DNA of 64,000 bases from NCBI RefSeq assembly GCF_028641065.1, contig NC_073396.1, forward strand, positions 19,902,001 through 19,966,000, written 5' to 3'. Numbering within the stretch: position 1 is the stretch's first letter; the number at the start of each line of letters is the position of its first letter. A model generated the notes under the pieces. The model was not told the DNA's origin. It made no database searches and was given only the letters and a program-made list of their open reading frames with translations. This document shows, one piece after another, positions 59,951-64,000 of this stretch. Origin of the DNA: Leucoraja erinacea. Its lineage: Eukaryota. The position numbers were made by a program, and so were the translations under genes.

Positions 59951-62900
59951 GTCATACCACTCTCGCTGTCATACTGATGGCCACTATATGTTGTCACCGC
60001 CCACTGTTCTGTCTGATGACCCATTTTCAGTTACCATGTAACCAACTAGTCCATTTTCAGAAGATAGACACAAAATGCTGGAGTAACTCAGCGGGATAGG
60101 CAGCATCTCTGGAGATGTTCCTGGAGATCTCTGGTCTGTTACTCCAGCATTTCGTGTCTATCTAGTTTAAACCAGCATCTGCAGTTTCTTCCAACCAGTC
60201 CATTCCCATTCCTGCTTTAGCATTAGAGGAGTTTGGGCAAATGTGGAGCTTCAGAGTTTGAGGGGAGACCTGATAGAACTTTATAAAATTATGAGAGGCA
60301 TAGATAGGGTAGATAGTCAGAACCCTTTCGCTAGGATGAAAATATCAAAAACTAGAGAACATACAGTAACTTAAAGAGGAGAGGGGGAAAGTTTAAAGAA
60401 AATATGTGGGACAAGTTTTGTTTACAGAGGGTGGTGGGTGCCTGGAACGTGCTGCCAGGGGTGGTGGGGGAGGCAGATAAGATAGTGGGGTTTAGAGGCA
60501 TTTTATTTTCTAACTTTAGTTATTGACATATGTACAGATGACACAACTTTGCATTACCCAAAATCACGGTGGCTTATTTTACTAGGAACACAACTCACCA
60601 GTATGGTGAGGGTTGCCAGTGATGGTGGTGCACGAGAGAACAGCTTTTAGATAGACACATGCATATGCATGAATGATGGGACATGGATCATGTGCAGGCA
60701 GAAATAATTGGTTTAATTTAGCATCATGTTCTGCCAGATATTGTGAGCCAAAGGGCCTTTTCCTGTGCTGCACTGTTCTATGTTAACTATAATACTGCAG
60801 CCCACACCTAGCATTCTGATATATTATGCCAATGTTGTTCTGTAGTGATTTCCTAGTGTTGCACTGAAGTGAACTTCCAGTGTTACTTCATTTACCTCAC
60901 AGATAGACTGTAGTTGGCTGTTGGTGCTGTACTGTAGTCTATTGGTGTTACACTGTGACGTCCTCAATGCTATACTGTAGTCCACTTCTATCTTGCACTA
61001 TACCAACTTCTATGTTGCAGTGGGACAATGAAAGGTATAACTTGCATTCACCTCGCATCTTTCACAATCCCAGAGCATTTAAATGAAGGCTCTAACTGCC
61101 GTCTGGTGTATATGTGAGAAGTCTCAATGATTATTTACTACATCTGTCTTGTGTCCTGAACAAACACTTATCCCTCCAGCAGTATGACTGCAGCAAACAA
61201 TCTGGCCATTTTATTCGTTTGGTGAGTTTTTGGTGTACAGATCAGTTGCGTGCTTCCTTACAATGCAATGGTGATTATCGAACAGTGACGACAGAACATT
61301 TTGGTGTTGTTTTAGTATTGCCACACAAGAAATAGTGAAAAGCCCTTGTCTGAGTGCTATCCCATTGAATCAAATAATACAATACATCAATACAATCAGA
61401 CCAAATTAAAAATGTAGAGCAAAGAGAAACATACAGAGTATAATTTTCATCATTGTGGCATTATGTAGTCCAATGTCCACAGGTAGATTGAAAGATCGGG
61501 ACCCTGGCATATAGGAGAACCATTCAGTACTCTGATAAGAGAGGAAGAAGCTGTTCCTGAGTTGGAGATAGTTTTAGAAAATGCCGTATAGTTTATTCTT
61601 CCTATTTCCAAATCTGCTTGAAATATATTTGTTGTTATAAGTGCTCTTTCTGTGGACCGGTACACATTTAACAGTTCACATAGAGCTTACGGCTGTACAA
61701 CAGTTTAGTTTATAACATTTTAGAGGTGCCGGTACACCATGCCGGTGCATGCCGTCACAAAAAAACACTGGCTGCTATAGTAAAGGGAATCCTAAAAAAA
61801 TAGCAAATATCATCAAAGACCCACAGCACATTGGCCATGCTCTCATTTCATTCCTATCTTGGGAAGAAGTTACAGGAGCCTGGAAACTGTGACCTCCAGG
61901 TTCAAGAACAGTTTTTTCCTTTCAACCATCAGGCTGCTCGAACATCACACAACACTAATCCCAGCATCAATGCACTTTTAGTGTACCATGCATGTACTGA
62001 GGTACAGTAAAAAGCTTTGGTTTATGGACTGTCGTTGCACTACTGTCTTTGGGTTTTGTACTAGTATTATGGTTAATAATTTATTGATTTAAAAAAAAAA
62101 GAGATTATTATGTTTTATCAGTGATTTTGCCTTAATGGGCCTGTGAAGCTACTGCAAGTAAATATTTAATTGTTCTGATGTCGGTACTTAAGACAATGAA
62201 ATAGTGTAACAAAGAACTGCAGATGCTGGTTTAAATCAAAGATTGACACAAAATGCTGGAGTAACTCAGCGGGTGAGGCACCATGTCTGGAGAGAAGGAA
62301 TGGGTGACGTTTTGGGTCTTCAGACTTGAGTCTGAAGAAGGGTCTCGACCCGAAGTGTCGCCTATTCCTTTTCTCTAGAAATGCTGCCTCACCCATTGAG
62401 TTACTCCAGCATTTTGTGTTTACAATGAAACAGTCTTGACTTGGCTATTAAAAGAAGCACAGCAGGTAGTATACAATCTACACATATCACATGATAAGAA
62501 GTAGTCAATTTTTAGAGATGGTATTTGCAAGTGTAAATGTTGCCCAGGATGCTGAGAGAATGCCACATGGTCACAGGGAAAAGGTGCAAACTCCGCACAG
62601 ACAGTATCCGAGGTCAGGATTGAACCCGGGTCTCTCATGCTGTGAGGCAGCAGTGCTTCCAGCTGTACAACAGATGCCTCGCCAGTACCTCGCCAACGTT
62701 GCCCAGTACAGAGTTAGATAATGAGGAGCAGTGGCAAATGTAAACCCATTCTTCCCCGGCACCTACAGTCTGGGGAGCTCCTGGCTGGGAGCCAGCAGGC
62801 TGTCTCTGCACAGGAGTTAAAGGCATGATGAACTTCTTGAAGCACAGTTTGGAGCAAAAACCTTGCTGCGAGACCTGGAAAAGGAGAATTCTTCACCTCC

Positions 62901-64000
62901 TTCCAGTTAGCTAGTATTGGAATGCAGATGTGTGTGGAATTTGGAGAGTACAGGATCTGTGATTACCCTGTTCCCCCCCCTTAGTCAGCCGGCTAGACAG
63001 CTGACTAAACTGTCTGGACACAAACGTAAAGAATGGTCCCATGGTGAAACGCTGCCTCTCAGTCTGTGTAAGTCTGGCGTGAGCTGCAGCAGCCAGGAAG
63101 AGCGGAGACTGATTACTATTTCTCTAATATTTAAGAACATGTTAAAAAAAACAGTATGATCAAGAGCACATCCCGGTTGGCTGTCTGGGGGGGGTGGTGG
63201 GGCTGCCTGGCGGAGCTCGGATTACATTATACTCCCTCTTAGAAATAAAACAAGAACCTGAGGAAATGAAGCTGCATCGGCAGATTGAACCATCTAACTT
63301 GTTCAAGCTGGAGTGCCTGGAATGTGCTACCATGGGTGGTGGCGGAGTTGATATCATTCATAGTGGTGTTTCAGAGACTTGTGGATAGACACATGGATAT
63401 GCAGCGAATGAAGGGATATGGATCAAGTGCAGGCAGATAAGGGTTGGTCTTGGCAACATGTTCGACACAGACATTGTGGGCTAAGAGTCACGAGAGTTGA
63501 AAGTGTTTAATTGTCAAATGGAACAATGAAATTCTTTTAGATAGGCACATGGATATGGATCACTTGCAGGCTTGGAGTTTAGTTTAACTTGGCATCATGT
63601 TCAGCCTGTGGGCTGATGGGTCTGTCCCTGTGATGTGCTTTGGGTTCTAACTTAATGAGATGCCTCTACAACAGTATAAGTTTGAATAGATAGATACATG
63701 AATAGGAAAGTTTAGAGGGAGATGGGCCAAATGCTGGCAGGGGAGACTAGTTTAGATCTTGGTCAGCATGGGCTAGTTGGATTGAAGGGCCTGTTTCCAT
63801 GCTACGACAATGATAAATCAAGATCATGCAAATCAATATTTATAATTTAAACCTTTTAAAATCTTGTTAATACTCTGGTGCAAAACATGCAGTGCTAAAG
63901 GAAATCAGCGGATCAGGCAGCAACTGTGGGGGGAATGGAGAGATAACGTTTTGGGTCGGGACCCTTCTTCACACTTTCTGTGGCGTATCTGCTCAGCAAT

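Noticed and set aside
63194-63388. 64-aa ORF containing IKQEPEE and CxxC as a possible zinc-finger gene exon
   Set aside because: Does not resemble the GLIS2 N-terminus as I recall it, has no convincing splice donor, and runs into a CR1 tail.

Overview
Repeat-rich vertebrate genomic DNA, most likely from a cartilaginous fish (skate/ray-like; inferred from the HE1/V-SINE, CR1, Rex1/Babar and Penelope repeat content). It holds a complete 7-exon TFAP4 (AP-4, bHLH-ZIP) gene on the minus strand (CDS 37579 to 19745, 337 aa). It also holds the signal-peptide first exon of a gene matching sarcalumenin (SRL, minus strand, 10187-10130, absent from the ORF track) and a CpG-island promoter with a probable non-coding first exon at about 58.5-58.9 kb, likely GLIS2 by synteny only. 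The rest is transposon-derived: a decayed Gypsy pol, nested CR1/Rex1 LINEs, a Penelope-like element, many Penelope-derived short repeats with minimal hammerhead-ribozyme cores, and a tandem non-autonomous Helitron array. Notable unexplained structures are a family of 0.7-0.9 kb non-coding retroposons sharing an RNA hairpin but with different 3' tails, a 34-bp palindromic insertion with an 8-bp target duplication, and a LINE-derived palindrome with arms of about 310 bp. All calls were made by eye and no searches were run.
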